Shown in pieces: positions 37,480 to 47,214 of a stretch of DNA of 64,000 bases. A program made the translations under genes and the position numbers. The stretch's first letter is position 1; every line of letters begins with the position of its first letter. Under the pieces are notes generated by a model. The model was not told the DNA's origin, did no database searches, and saw only the letters and a program-made list of their open reading frames with translations. The stretch is from Deltaproteobacteria bacterium (GTDB lineage: Bacteria > Myxococcota_A > Polyangia > Polyangiales > Houyiibacteriaceae): NCBI GenBank assembly GCA_034670305.1, contig JAXMNT010000007.1:157236-221235 (forward strand). Direction: 5' to 3'.

Positions 37480-40400
37480 TTACTCTTCTGGCACGCCGCC
37501 GAGGATGTCGTCGTCGAAGCGCGGGGTCTCGAGCAAGGCGCCGTCCGGGCCGTCTCGCCGCACCACCACGAGTTGGCGGGAGACGATTTGGTCGTTCTCG
37601 CGCGCGAACACGGTGATGTAGTTCATGCCGCCGTGAAGCGGAATCTCCGTTTCGAACGTCGCGTTGGTGCGGTCGGCCGCACCCGCGGTCGAGTGGTAGT
37701 AGACCTTGCGCGCGCCGGCGAAGACGTAGAGGTCGCGCACCAGGGTGTCGTCCCGCGCGGTGCCGCGGATCGTCAGTGAGCCCTCTCGGGTGACCAAGGT
37801 GTTGCCGTAGTCGACTTCCACGCGGGGTGGCATGTGATCGAGGGTGGCCGCGAACCGGCCTCCAGTGCCGCTCGCCGAGGCGTCGGCATCGGCGACCCAT
37901 GCGACCTCTTCGTCGCCAACCTGCACGCGGACGAAGCCCGCGAGGCTGGCTTCCGCGGTCACCGCCAGCGCACCGCCACGGACGACACCGACTTGGTGGG
38001 CGCCAGCTTGGGGGGCGGCGCGCAGCACCGCGCCATCGCGCAGCGTCACGCGTCCGGTGCGCGCGCCCGGGGTGCCGCTCGCCGAGACGAGCGGGACGTC
38101 GAGCTTCTCGCTGACCGATTCACGCAAGTCCGCATCGATGACGCTGACTTCGAGCTTGGCCTCTTCGCGTTCGAAGTCACTCAGCACTTCGAAGGAGAAG
38201 CGCACGATGCGTTCTTCGCCCGGCTGCATGTTGTCGATCCGGAAACGTCCGGCGTGCAAGAGCACGCCTCGGCCACTGAGGTTGCGCAGGTTCGCGTGGG
38301 TGTCGTATGTGCGGCCGGTGCCGACGTTCTTCACTCGGAGGAAGACACTCGCGCGTTCACCGCGCTGAAGCTGCCCGTCGCCGTTGCCTTGGAGGTCGTC
38401 GACCACGTGCACCGAGTAGGCGAACTGGGGTCGCGGCAGGGCTTCGACTTCGGTCCGGATCTCGACGGGGTCGGGCGCATGGTCGTGCAGCTCGTCGAAC
38501 TCGACGCGGATGCCATCGGCCCGGTTCGGCGTGTCGCGGGGCAACCGACACACGCGCTGCTCCTGACGGCCTTCCCCTTCGGTGCTGCAGACCCCGAGGG
38601 TGGCGGTCCACTCTTTGGTCTGGCCCGGGTTGAGGCGGCCGAAGATGAGCTCGCGATCATCGAACAGCCGGTAGTCGCTTTGGGTGGTGCCGCGCAGGCG
38701 GAAGAGCGGATGGGGCCCGTTGTTGGTGACGCGCACCTTCACGGAGAAGGGCTCGCCAGCCCGGCCGCGGTTGTCCGCGCGGTCGGTCGAGATCTCGACA
38801 GACACCGGGCTCGCGCCCGCGTCGGCGCCTTCGCTCCAGTCGACGCCGAGGGAACGCAGGTCGTTCATCGCTTCGGTCATCTCTTGTTCGCGCACCGCGG
38901 CGATCACCGGGGCCGCGTCTTCGATCAGTTCTCGCCGGCCGGGGCGCTCGACTTGAGCGAGCAAACGCTGCGAGAAGCGCGTGAGGAACTCGTCCTCTTC
39001 TTCGTTCTCGGAGTCGCGCGGGTCGGCCTCGCGCAGGCGCTGGCGCATCTCGCGGTTCAGGTAGTAGCGGATCGGGATGGCGGAGCGGTTGGCTTCGCGG
39101 ATCCGGTCGCTGGTCAGATGGGAGCGCAGATCCGCTTCGCGCAGGTACGCCTCGGGATCGACGGCCAGATCCATGTCTTCCCGGTCCACCGTCATCGGGT
39201 CGATCGCGATGTCCGGCATGATGCCGACGCCCTGGATGGAGACGTCTCCCGGCGTGAGGTACTGCGCGATGGTGAGCTTGAGCGCGGAGCCGTCCTGGAA
39301 GTTGTTGAGCACCTGCACCGAACCCTTGCCGAAGCTGCGCTGTCCGATGACGACGGCCCGGTCGTGGTTCTTGAGCGCACCGGCGACGATCTCACTCGCG
39401 GAGGCGCTGGCACCATTGATGAGCACGGCCATCGGGTAGTTCGGTTCAGTGCCTTCCGCGTGGGCGAACTTCTCTTCGCGCTGGCGCGGATCGTTGGACG
39501 AGGTCGTCACGATGGTGCCGCTCGAGAGGAAGGTGTCCGCGATGCGCACGGCCTGGTCGAGCAAGCCGCCGGGGTTGTCCCGCAGGTCGAGCACGAGGCC
39601 CCGCAGATCCTGGCGGTGCAGGTCGGCGAGCGCGCGGCGCAAGTCGTCGTGGGTGTTGCCCTGGAAGCTGTTGATCGACACGTAGCCGATGTTGTCGCCG
39701 AGCATCCGGTGTTCGACGGACTCGATGTGGATCACGGCGCGGACGAGGTTCACCCGCAGCTCGTTGCCCCATTGGCCGCGCGGGTTGCGGCGGCGCACCC
39801 AGACGGTGACCGGCGATCCGGGCGGACCGCGCAACCGGTCGACGGCTTCTGAGAGCGGCATGTTGAGGGTGCTCTCGTCGTTGATCTTCACGATGCGGTC
39901 GTTGCGCAGCAAGCCCGCGCGCTCGGCCGGCGTGCCCGGCATCGGGCGGATGACGGTGAGGTTGCCGTCGCGGATCGAGATCACGATGCCGAGGCCACCG
40001 AACTCACCGCGGGTGCTCATCTGCATTTCTTCGAAGACGTCCGGCGTCAGCAGGATCGTGTGCGGATCGAGGGTGCGGAGCATGCCGTTGACGGCCGTGT
40101 ATTCGACATCGCGGAGCTCGACTTCTTCGTCGCCGAGGTTGGCCTGGAGGAAACGGAAGATCTCGCGGAAGCGGTTGGCGAGTTTCCAGGGACTCTCGAC
40201 GTCGTCGAGCCGGAACGTCTCGGTGCGGTCGTTCACCTGAACGGTCAGATCCGCGGCGTTGTCTTCGTACCGCACGATGACCGGTGCGACGCTGCGCTGG
40301 ATCGCGTTCAGACCGGCGAGCAACATGCGCCGGTGGTCGATCCGCTGGGGTTCGACGTAGTGGTCGTTCACCTCGAGAATCGCTCGGTTCAGAACCTGCA

Positions 40401-40572
40401 ACTGCGTGAGATCATACGGATCTTGCCCGCGCGCTGCCTGCGCGGTGGGCGAGCCATCAAGGTCGAAATCGAGGCCATTTCCTTCGTCCGAGACGAAGGT
40501 GATGGTGAAGGCAAACCCGACGACGGCGAGGGCGAGGAGCGGTTTCCAGAGCTTCTGGGCGAGTTGATTCAT
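37480..40572 (-). CDS. S41 carboxyl-terminal processing protease with PDZ domain and long C-terminal extension (MXAN_5808-like)
   Basis: LDPHT, GEFGGLGI, LDLRDNPGGLL, SASASEIVAG and SFGKGSVQ. Start at ATG 40572 (MNQLAQK plus TM). Confidence 0.92.
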   Translation of the reverse strand: MNQLAQKLWKPLLALAVVGFAFTITFVSDEGNGLDFDLDGSPTAQAARGQDPYDLTQLQVLNRAILEVNDHYVEPQRIDHRRMLLAGLNAIQRSVAPVIVRYEDNAADLTVQVNDRTETFRLDDVESPWKLANRFREIFRFLQANLGDEEVELRDVEYTAVNGMLRTLDPHTILLTPDVFEEMQMSTRGEFGGLGIVISIRDGNLTVIRPMPGTPAERAGLLRNDRIVKINDESTLNMPLSEAVDRLRGPPGSPVTVWVRRRNPRGQWGNELRVNLVRAVIHIESVEHRMLGDNIGYVSINSFQGNTHDDLRRALADLHRQDLRGLVLDLRDNPGGLLDQAVRIADTFLSSGTIVTTSSNDPRQREEKFAHAEGTEPNYPMAVLINGASASASEIVAGALKNHDRAVVIGQRSFGKGSVQVLNNFQDGSALKLTIAQYLTPGDVSIQGVGIMPDIAIDPMTVDREDMDLAVDPEAYLREADLRSHLTSDRIREANRSAIPIRYYLNREMRQRLREADPRDSENEEEDEFLTRFSQRLLAQVERPGRRELIEDAAPVIAAVREQEMTEAMNDLRSLGVDWSEGADAGASPVSVEISTDRADNRGRAGEPFSVKVRVTNNGPHPLFRLRGTTQSDYRLFDDRELIFGRLNPGQTKEWTATLGVCSTEGEGRQEQRVCRLPRDTPNRADGIRVEFDELHDHAPDPVEIRTEVEALPRPQFAYSVHVVDDLQGNGDGQLQRGERASVFLRVKNVGTGRTYDTHANLRNLSGRGVLLHAGRFRIDNMQPGEERIVRFSFEVLSDFEREEAKLEVSVIDADLRESVSEKLDVPLVSASGTPGARTGRVTLRDGAVLRAAPQAGAHQVGVVRGGALAVTAEASLAGFVRVQVGDEEVAWVADADASASGTGGRFAATLDHMPPRVEVDYGNTLVTREGSLTIRGTARDDTLVRDLYVFAGARKVYYHSTAGAADRTNATFETEIPLHGGMNYITVFARENDQIVSRQLVVVRRDGPDGALLETPRFDDDILGGVPEE

Positions 40573-40877
40573 GAGGTTTCCTCGACGCGGAACCCATTCG
40601 TGGGGAAGCGCCGATGCCTGGTCCGATGCGGGAGGCGGCCCGTGGTCCACGGGCCCTTGGGCGGAGTGTAGCGACCGGCCCCCACGAGCGGTACCCCCCG
40701 ATTCCACTGGCTGTTTGGGGGAACCGTTGCTGTCCTCGGCGGCGGGTCCATCGGGACTGAGAGGGTCGGGTAGGGAGGATCCTTGGGGACGGCGGGCGCT
40801 GGGCACGGAGGGAGGACGCCGGAACCCTTCCGGATGTTCCCGTTGCTGGATCCAGGTCCGGCACGGAAGATGGGACC

Positions 40878-42812
40878 GTGAGACCCCCGGACCCGGAGCT
40901 CGACAGGGCGCTGCTCGCGGACGCGCCTGTCGATCCGGTGGCGCTGCGGCGGGCGATGCTCAAGCGCCGCCGGACGTGGCTGGCCGCGATCGTGGGGAAC
41001 TTCTTGGTCGCGGTCTGCCTGATCGGTCTGCCCTGGGCGCGCGGCAAGAGCCGGGCGGAGTCGGCGCGCACGGGGTTCGGACAGGTCGCCGCGTGTCTGT
41101 GGGGCACGACGCCGGATCCGCGCGCAGGGCTCACGTTGCCCACCGGCGACCAAGGCAGCTACGCCGCCGCAGCCGACACGCCCGGTTGGCCCGCGTCGTG
41201 CGCCGCTCGGCTGGATGGGTGGATGCCGGCGGAAGCGTTCTGGCTCTTCCCGGACACCCGCGCGGCGGAGGAAGACGTGCGGCGCGCGATCGGCATGGTG
41301 CGGGCGGAGCTCACCGCGGCCGAACACGATCTCGAAGGAGGCGCACCCATCGCGGGGCGGCCGCGTCTGGCGGTGCTGCGGTTGTCGGCGGCGATCGGCG
41401 TGCTCGCGGAGGAAGCCAACGCGGACGTGGACCTCGATGCGCCGGCGATCGAACTCGCGGAGCGCACACTCCCGGCGCCAGAGCGTATCCCGATGTACGG
41501 GGCGGGCAGCACGGTCGAGCTCCTCGTGCGGCCGGAGGGCATGGACGTCGTCGGCTTCGACCGGGGCGCGCTCGCGTGGTCGCGGGTCGAAGGCGCGGGG
41601 GTGTTGTCGCGGCGCTGGAGACGGCCGCAGGCGGCGCGGGCGGTGCGTTCGCTGGGCGACGACGCGTGGGTGCTCTTCGTCACGCCGGACGCGCGGTGTG
41701 CGGAGGAGGATTGCGCGCGGCGGGCAACGGGGTTCGCGCGACTGCACTACGACTCGATCGCGTTGCCGACGCCGACGTGGGTGCGGGCGCATCCGCGGGA
41801 TCTCGGCTCGGTGATGTTGGGGGCGGCGCGGGTGTGGGTGTTGTCGGAGGGGGACGGCGGGACGGTGGTGCGGGGGTTCGACCTGGATTCCGATTCCGAT
41901 TCCGAAGCCGATTCCGACGCCGATTCCGAAGCCGATTCCGACGCCGATTCCGAAGCCGATTCCGACGCCGATTCCGACTCCGATTTCGACGCCGATTCCG
42001 ATTCCGACGCCGATTCCGACGCCGATTCCGATTCCGATTCCGATTCCGATTCCGATTCCGATTCCGACGCCGATTCCGACGCCGATTCCGACGCCGATCC
42101 CGAAGCCGAAGCCGATTCCGATGCTCCGCTCGTGGCGGTGGTCGAGCTCGGCTTGCCGACGGAGAGTGTGCTTGGACGGGAGACGGTGTTGTCGCGCGTC
42201 GGGGAGGGGCTCGTACTGCGGCGGCTGGGGGATGGGTTCGAGGTGGTGGCGGAGGTCGCGCTCGATCATGTGCCGGTCGCGTTTGGACCGGTTGCGGGAG
42301 ACGCCGGGTGGTTCGCGGTGCGCGGCCCGGACGCGAAGCTGACGCTCGTCGACGAGGCCGGACGGGTTCTGCAGAGTGACCTGGCGATCGGATCGGAAGA
42401 CGAGGTGCGGGTCCACGCAGACGCCGAAGGAGTCGCGGTGTTGCGGGTGGCGGAGGAGCACCTCGAAGCGGTGTTCTGCCGGGCCGAATGCAGCGCGCCG
42501 GTGGAGATCGCGCCCGGCGCCCGCTCCGCAGACGCGGTGTTCTTTCAGGGGGCGCTCTACGTGAGCTACCTCGGCGCGGGGCCACAGCCGCTGCTCGTGC
42601 GCATCGACGAGGAGGGCGCGTCGGAGCCGATGCGACCGGCGGGCTGCTTCTCGGAAGGCGAGTCGCGCGGTGGACTCTCCGGCTTCTGTGGTGCGCCCGC
42701 CATGGCGACCGATGGGAACCGCATGCTGCTCGGCGCGCGCGACGGATCGGACGCGCTGGTCATCGAATCGACCGATGGACGCACGTGGCTTCCGGCACGG
42801 GGGTTGCGATGA
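40878..42812 (+). CDS. Hypothetical membrane-anchored protein with an internal Asp-Ser/Asp-Ala repeat
   Basis: N-terminal TM ([20 protein letters not shown]), and the frame stays open across the repeat. Confidence 0.7.
   Translation: MRPPDPELDRALLADAPVDPVALRRAMLKRRRTWLAAIVGNFLVAVCLIGLPWARGKSRAESARTGFGQVAACLWGTTPDPRAGLTLPTGDQGSYAAAADTPGWPASCAARLDGWMPAEAFWLFPDTRAAEEDVRRAIGMVRAELTAAEHDLEGGAPIAGRPRLAVLRLSAAIGVLAEEANADVDLDAPAIELAERTLPAPERIPMYGAGSTVELLVRPEGMDVVGFDRGALAWSRVEGAGVLSRRWRRPQAARAVRSLGDDAWVLFVTPDARCAEEDCARRATGFARLHYDSIALPTPTWVRAHPRDLGSVMLGAARVWVLSEGDGGTVVRGFDLDSDSDSEADSDADSEADSDADSEADSDADSDSDFDADSDSDADSDADSDSDSDSDSDSDSDADSDADSDADPEAEADSDAPLVAVVELGLPTESVLGRETVLSRVGEGLVLRRLGDGFEVVAEVALDHVPVAFGPVAGDAGWFAVRGPDAKLTLVDEAGRVLQSDLAIGSEDEVRVHADAEGVAVLRVAEEHLEAVFCRAECSAPVEIAPGARSADAVFFQGALYVSYLGAGPQPLLVRIDEEGASEPMRPAGCFSEGESRGGLSGFCGAPAMATDGNRMLLGARDGSDALVIESTDGRTWLPARGLR
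41886..42122. repeat. Period-6 tandem repeat (GATTCC/GACGCC/GAAGCC), about 39 hexamers, in frame
   Basis: Directly visible. Encodes [14 protein letters not shown]... Confidence 0.97.
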
Positions 42813-43136
42813 AGCTCCATGCACTCGTGAGCGCACTCGTGTGCGGCGCGGGCGCGTGCGGCGGTGCGAAACCCGTTCGTCGACGCAGGTCCCAGCGATG
42901 CGCCACTCGACGCCAACCTGGACACCGGCGTCGACGCCGGTCGCGACGCGGATGTGGAAGCCGCACGCTGCGTCGTCCCGGGGGACCCGACGGCACCGTA
43001 TGGGTCGTGGAGTTCGTGGGATTCGGCCAGACCGGGCACCTTCTGCGCCTACGACCAGACTGAGATCCGGGCGGTGCGCCTCGTCGAAGACATGGGCGAG
43101 AGCAACCTCTCTTCCGATTCCCCGGGACTCACGTAG
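42809..43136 (+). pseudogene. Frameshifted, probably truncated lipoprotein gene
   Basis: ATG 42809 gives [20 protein letters not shown] (signal plus Cys). The typical linker NPFVDAGPSDAPLDANLDTGVDAG continues in another frame after GCGAAACCC at about 42866-42874. Confidence 0.55.
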
Positions 43137-43148
43137 CATCGTGGGGTC

Positions 43149-45782
43149 GTGTCCAAGTCATCCGAACCCGTCATTCCCCACACCCCCCTCATCGGCCGTG
43201 GGCCCGAGCTCCGTGAGCTCGAGGACGCGCTCGCCCGCGCGTTGACCACCAAACAACCTCAAGCGGTCACGCTCATCGGCGCGCCCGGCGTCGGCAAGAC
43301 CCGGCTCCTGAACGAGCTGCTCACGAAGACACGGGGGCGGGAGCGACGGTTGCGGGCGTACCGCAGCCCCTGCCGCGAGGGCGCTTCGGCGCACGGCGTG
43401 GTGCAGCGGATCCTGCGCGCGCGGTTCGGCATCCTGGAAGGCGCGCCCCAAGAGACGGTGCAGGAGAGTTTTCGGGCCGCGGTCACCGAGGCGCTCGGGG
43501 ATCACCGCGTCTCCGAGTTCTTGTACTTCCTCGGCGCGTACCTGGACCTGCACTACCCAGAGTCTCCGTTCGCCACCGCACTCGACGACGACCCGACCCA
43601 GTTCGCGCGCGTCAGCCAAGCGGTCCTGCGCCGGTTCTTCGAGGCGGACGCGAAAGCGCACCCCACCATCCTCACGTTCGAGGACGTGCACGCCGCCCAG
43701 GACGATTCGCTCGAACTGGTGGACTACCTGATCCGTTCGCTTCGGGACGCGCCGATCCTCATCGTGGTCGTTGCCCGGCCGGAGCTGCTGGCGCGGCGGG
43801 CCGACTGGACGGACACCGACAACCACCACCGGATCGAACTCGGGCCGCTCACGCCCGACGACTCCGCGTCGCTCATGTACCACTTGCTCGAGCCGCTCAA
43901 AGAGGTGCCCGAGGACCTGGTCGACGCTGCGGTCGATGTGGCGGGTGGCAGTCCGTACCTGCTCGAGCAGATGGTCCGCGCGTTCTTCGAGAGCGGCACG
44001 CTCGCGCTCGACGATGCGGGTGGCTGGGTGGCGCATCTCGACCGGCTGGCCGAGGCACAACTCCCACTCACGGTCGAAGACGCGATCAGCGCCCGCATCA
44101 GCGCACTGACCGCACCCGAGCGCGAACTGCTCGAAAAAGCCTCCACCATGGGCGGCGTGTTCTGGCTCGGCGCCATCGTCGCGCTCAGCCGAATGAGCTC
44201 GGACGCGCCCGAACTCTGGGGCGGCCACGAGACCTTGCTCTCGCACTACCAAGAGCTGCTCGATGGTTTGGCGGAGCGCGACTACGTGCTCGCCATGCCC
44301 GACGCGACCGTGCGCGGTGAGGACGAGTACGCGTTCAAACACAACCTCGAACGCGAGACCCTGCACCGGCTCACGAGCCGTTCGCGCATGCGCCGCTACC
44401 ACCGCGTGGTGGCGGAGTGGCTCGAGTTCCGCATCGGCTCGCGCGGCGAAGAGCAGCTGGAGATGCTCGCGCAGCACTACGAGGAGGGCGGGCTCGTCGA
44501 ACGGGCCGCGCACTTCTACCTCGACGCCGCGGACCGCGCGCGCGACCGCTACGCCAACGTCAAAGCCGCCGAGTACTACCGCCAGGGGCTCGAGCTCCTG
44601 GTGGACACCGACGTGCCGCGGCGCCTGCAGGGCCTGCACCACTACGGCGACGTGCTCCAGATCGCCGGACGCAACGACGAAGCGCTCGTCGCGTTCCGGG
44701 AGATGCTCGACATCGCCTACAAACTCGATCTCAAAGCGAAGGGTGGCGTCGCGCACAACCGCATCGGGCGGCTCTACCGCAGCATCGGCCACTTGGACGA
44801 AGCGATGCGGCACCTCGGGACCGGACAGGCGCTCTTCGTGGCGGCGGACGACGTGCGCGGTGTGGCGTCGTCGGTGGACGACATCGGCAAGGTGCACTGG
44901 ATGCGCGGCAGCTACGACGCGGCCGAACGGTTCCTCAGCAAAGCGCTCGTGATGCGTCAGGAGATCGGCGACCCACGCTCGATCGCGCTGAGCTACAACA
45001 ACCTCGGCCTCGTCTACCAAGACAGCGGACGCTTCAAAGAAGCGCAGCAAGCCTGGCAGGAGGCGCTGCTCTTGCGGCGCGAGATCGGCGACCAAGCCGG
45101 CATCGCACAGACCCTGAACAACCTCGGCACGATCCACCAAGACGACGGCGACCACGAGCGCGCCATCTCGGTCTACCAGGAGGCGCTCGAAGTCGCGCGC
45201 ATGGTCGGGGACCGGATGCGCCAGGCGGTGATCCTCACGAACCTCGGCGAGTCGCACTACCGGCTCGCCCGCCCGACCGAAGCGATCGAGACCCTGAAGA
45301 AGGCAGAGGAGGTCGGCGCCGCGCTCGGCGACCGCATCCTCGAAGGCGAAATCCTCCGCGGGCTCGCAAAGGCCCACATGCTCATCCACGACTTCGGGGT
45401 CGCGCGGGACTACATCCAGCGTTCGGTGGCGCTCTTCGAGCAGGCGCGCGGCAAGGCGTTCCTGGGGGCTGCGCTGCGGACGATGGGCGAAGTCGCGGCC
45501 GCGGCCGGCTGGGGCGGAGAAGAACACGATGCCGCGAAGGCCGCGTTCCGGAAATCGATCGCGATCTTCGAGGAGCTCGGCAACGACATCGAACTCGCCG
45601 CCGGCCTCGAGGCCTACGCGGCGTTTCTCTCCAAGTCGTCGGAGGGGGATCCGATCCTCGCGCACGAGGCGATGCAGCTGCGATCCCGCGCCGACGACAT
45701 CCGCCAGCGCCTGCGCGACAGCGCGATTTACGAACTGCCTCCACTCGAGGGGGAGACAACGGACCCGAAGATCACTACGTAG
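43149..45782 (+). CDS. P-loop ATPase (AAA_16/COG3899-like) with C-terminal TPR repeats
   Basis: LIGRGPEL, Walker A GAPGVGKT, Walker B-like LTFEDVH, GSPYLLEQ, YAFKHNL and multiple (Y/L)NNLG TPRs. Confidence 0.9.
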   Translation: MSKSSEPVIPHTPLIGRGPELRELEDALARALTTKQPQAVTLIGAPGVGKTRLLNELLTKTRGRERRLRAYRSPCREGASAHGVVQRILRARFGILEGAPQETVQESFRAAVTEALGDHRVSEFLYFLGAYLDLHYPESPFATALDDDPTQFARVSQAVLRRFFEADAKAHPTILTFEDVHAAQDDSLELVDYLIRSLRDAPILIVVVARPELLARRADWTDTDNHHRIELGPLTPDDSASLMYHLLEPLKEVPEDLVDAAVDVAGGSPYLLEQMVRAFFESGTLALDDAGGWVAHLDRLAEAQLPLTVEDAISARISALTAPERELLEKASTMGGVFWLGAIVALSRMSSDAPELWGGHETLLSHYQELLDGLAERDYVLAMPDATVRGEDEYAFKHNLERETLHRLTSRSRMRRYHRVVAEWLEFRIGSRGEEQLEMLAQHYEEGGLVERAAHFYLDAADRARDRYANVKAAEYYRQGLELLVDTDVPRRLQGLHHYGDVLQIAGRNDEALVAFREMLDIAYKLDLKAKGGVAHNRIGRLYRSIGHLDEAMRHLGTGQALFVAADDVRGVASSVDDIGKVHWMRGSYDAAERFLSKALVMRQEIGDPRSIALSYNNLGLVYQDSGRFKEAQQAWQEALLLRREIGDQAGIAQTLNNLGTIHQDDGDHERAISVYQEALEVARMVGDRMRQAVILTNLGESHYRLARPTEAIETLKKAEEVGAALGDRILEGEILRGLAKAHMLIHDFGVARDYIQRSVALFEQARGKAFLGAALRTMGEVAAAAGWGGEEHDAAKAAFRKSIAIFEELGNDIELAAGLEAYAAFLSKSSEGDPILAHEAMQLRSRADDIRQRLRDSAIYELPPLEGETTDPKITT

Positions 45783-45790
45783 CGGGCGCC

Positions 45791-47029
45791 GTGGAGATCC
45801 GAGACCACATCCCTGCGGGCGAAATCCCGTCCGGCGTGCGCGAAGTCTGCGCACGGCTGCGAGAGCGTGGGCACCGGGCTTGGATCGTGGGCGGGTGCGT
45901 GCGGGATCTCCTGCGCGGTGCGGCAGTGAACGACTGGGACGTCTGCACGTCGGCTCTGCCGAAGCACACCCGCAAAGCGTTCTCGAAGGTGATCCCCACC
46001 GGCATCGCGCACGGCACCGTGACGGTGCTGTGGAAGGGCGAGGGCTACGAGGTCACCACCCTGCGCGGCGAAGGCGCGTACACCGACGGCCGCCGGCCCG
46101 ACGAAGTGTTCTTCGTCGACGACATCGCCGAAGACCTCGCGCGCCGCGACTTCACGGTAAACGCAATGGCGTTCGATCCCGTGAGCGAAGAACTCGTGGA
46201 CCCCTACGGCGGCAAGACCGACTTGCGGACCGGCGTGTTGAAGGCGGTGGGTGTCGCCGCCGAGCGGTTCAGCGAAGATGGTCTGCGGATCCTGCGCGGG
46301 GCCCGCTTCGTGGCGACGCTCGGCCTCGAGCTCGAAGCAGACACCGAAGCGGCGTTCGGACCGACGCTGGATGTGTTCGCGAAGGTGAGCCCGGAGCGGG
46401 TGCGCGAAGAGTGGATGAAGGCGATGAAGACCGAGCGCCCCTCGCCGGCGTTCGTCGTCATGAAGCGGACTGGGATCCTGGGCCGCTGCTGCGCGCTCTT
46501 GGACGAGCTGGACGAAGACGCGTTCGACCGCGCACTCGCCGCGCTCGACCGAACCGAACCCGCCGACGGACCGAGCTTCCGCCTCGCGGCGCTCTTGCAC
46601 CAAAGCGATCTCAAAGCGCTCGAGACCTGGCTGCGCGACTACCGCTACAGCAACGACGAGAAACGCGACATCTCCGAGCTCGTCCGCTGGCACGATCTCT
46701 CCGGGGCCATCGATTGGTCCGACGAACGGCTGCGCCGGTTTCTCAGCGAGGCAGGCCGCGTGCGCGGGCGCGAGGCGGTGCGGCTCTACGGCTGCATCGG
46801 CGGCGAAGACGTCGAGTCCTTGCTGGCGCGGGTGGACGACGCGACCACCGCGGCCATCGCGGTGGGCGACCTCGAGGTGGACGGCAAGGACGTGATCGAA
46901 GCGCTCGGCGGGCCGGGCAGGGCAGTCGGCGAGATCTTGCGCCAACTGCTCGAAGAAGCACTCGTGGATCCGACCACGAACAACCGAACCGCCCAACTCG
47001 CCCGCATCGCAACGCTCGCGAAAGCCTGA
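45791..47029 (+). CDS. cca: Class II tRNA nucleotidyltransferase (CCA-adding family)
   Basis: VGGCVRD...DWDVCT, EVTTLR, DLARRDFTVNAMA and RFSEDGLRILRGARF. GTG start at 45791. Confidence 0.88.
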   Translation: MEIRDHIPAGEIPSGVREVCARLRERGHRAWIVGGCVRDLLRGAAVNDWDVCTSALPKHTRKAFSKVIPTGIAHGTVTVLWKGEGYEVTTLRGEGAYTDGRRPDEVFFVDDIAEDLARRDFTVNAMAFDPVSEELVDPYGGKTDLRTGVLKAVGVAAERFSEDGLRILRGARFVATLGLELEADTEAAFGPTLDVFAKVSPERVREEWMKAMKTERPSPAFVVMKRTGILGRCCALLDELDEDAFDRALAALDRTEPADGPSFRLAALLHQSDLKALETWLRDYRYSNDEKRDISELVRWHDLSGAIDWSDERLRRFLSEAGRVRGREAVRLYGCIGGEDVESLLARVDDATTAAIAVGDLEVDGKDVIEALGGPGRAVGEILRQLLEEALVDPTTNNRTAQLARIATLAKA

Positions 47030-47039
47030 ACGCCGAGGA

Positions 47040-47134
47040 TCGGTGTCGGCTTCGGCATCGGCTTCGGCATCGGCATCGGCATCGGCATCGGCTTCGGCAT
47101 CGGCTTCTGCATCGGCGTCGGCTTCGGGGTCGGG
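47040..47134. repeat. Intergenic period-6 tandem repeat (TCGGCW)n, about 15 units
   Basis: Directly visible, 10 bp after the cca stop codon. Confidence 0.95.
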
Positions 47135-47214
47135 CCCGACCGGTCCGTGTCGCACGCAACACTGGCAGTTCGCCATCGCGGGGGTAAGGTGCAGGCGATG
47201 CTGTCGAGGACACC

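Noticed and set aside
43158-47187. Long alternative-frame ORFs (898, 870, 552 aa) over the ATPase-TPR and cca genes
   Set aside because: They are Arg/Ala/Gly-rich with no motifs. Only the part of the 870-aa ORF from 45791 is a real gene.
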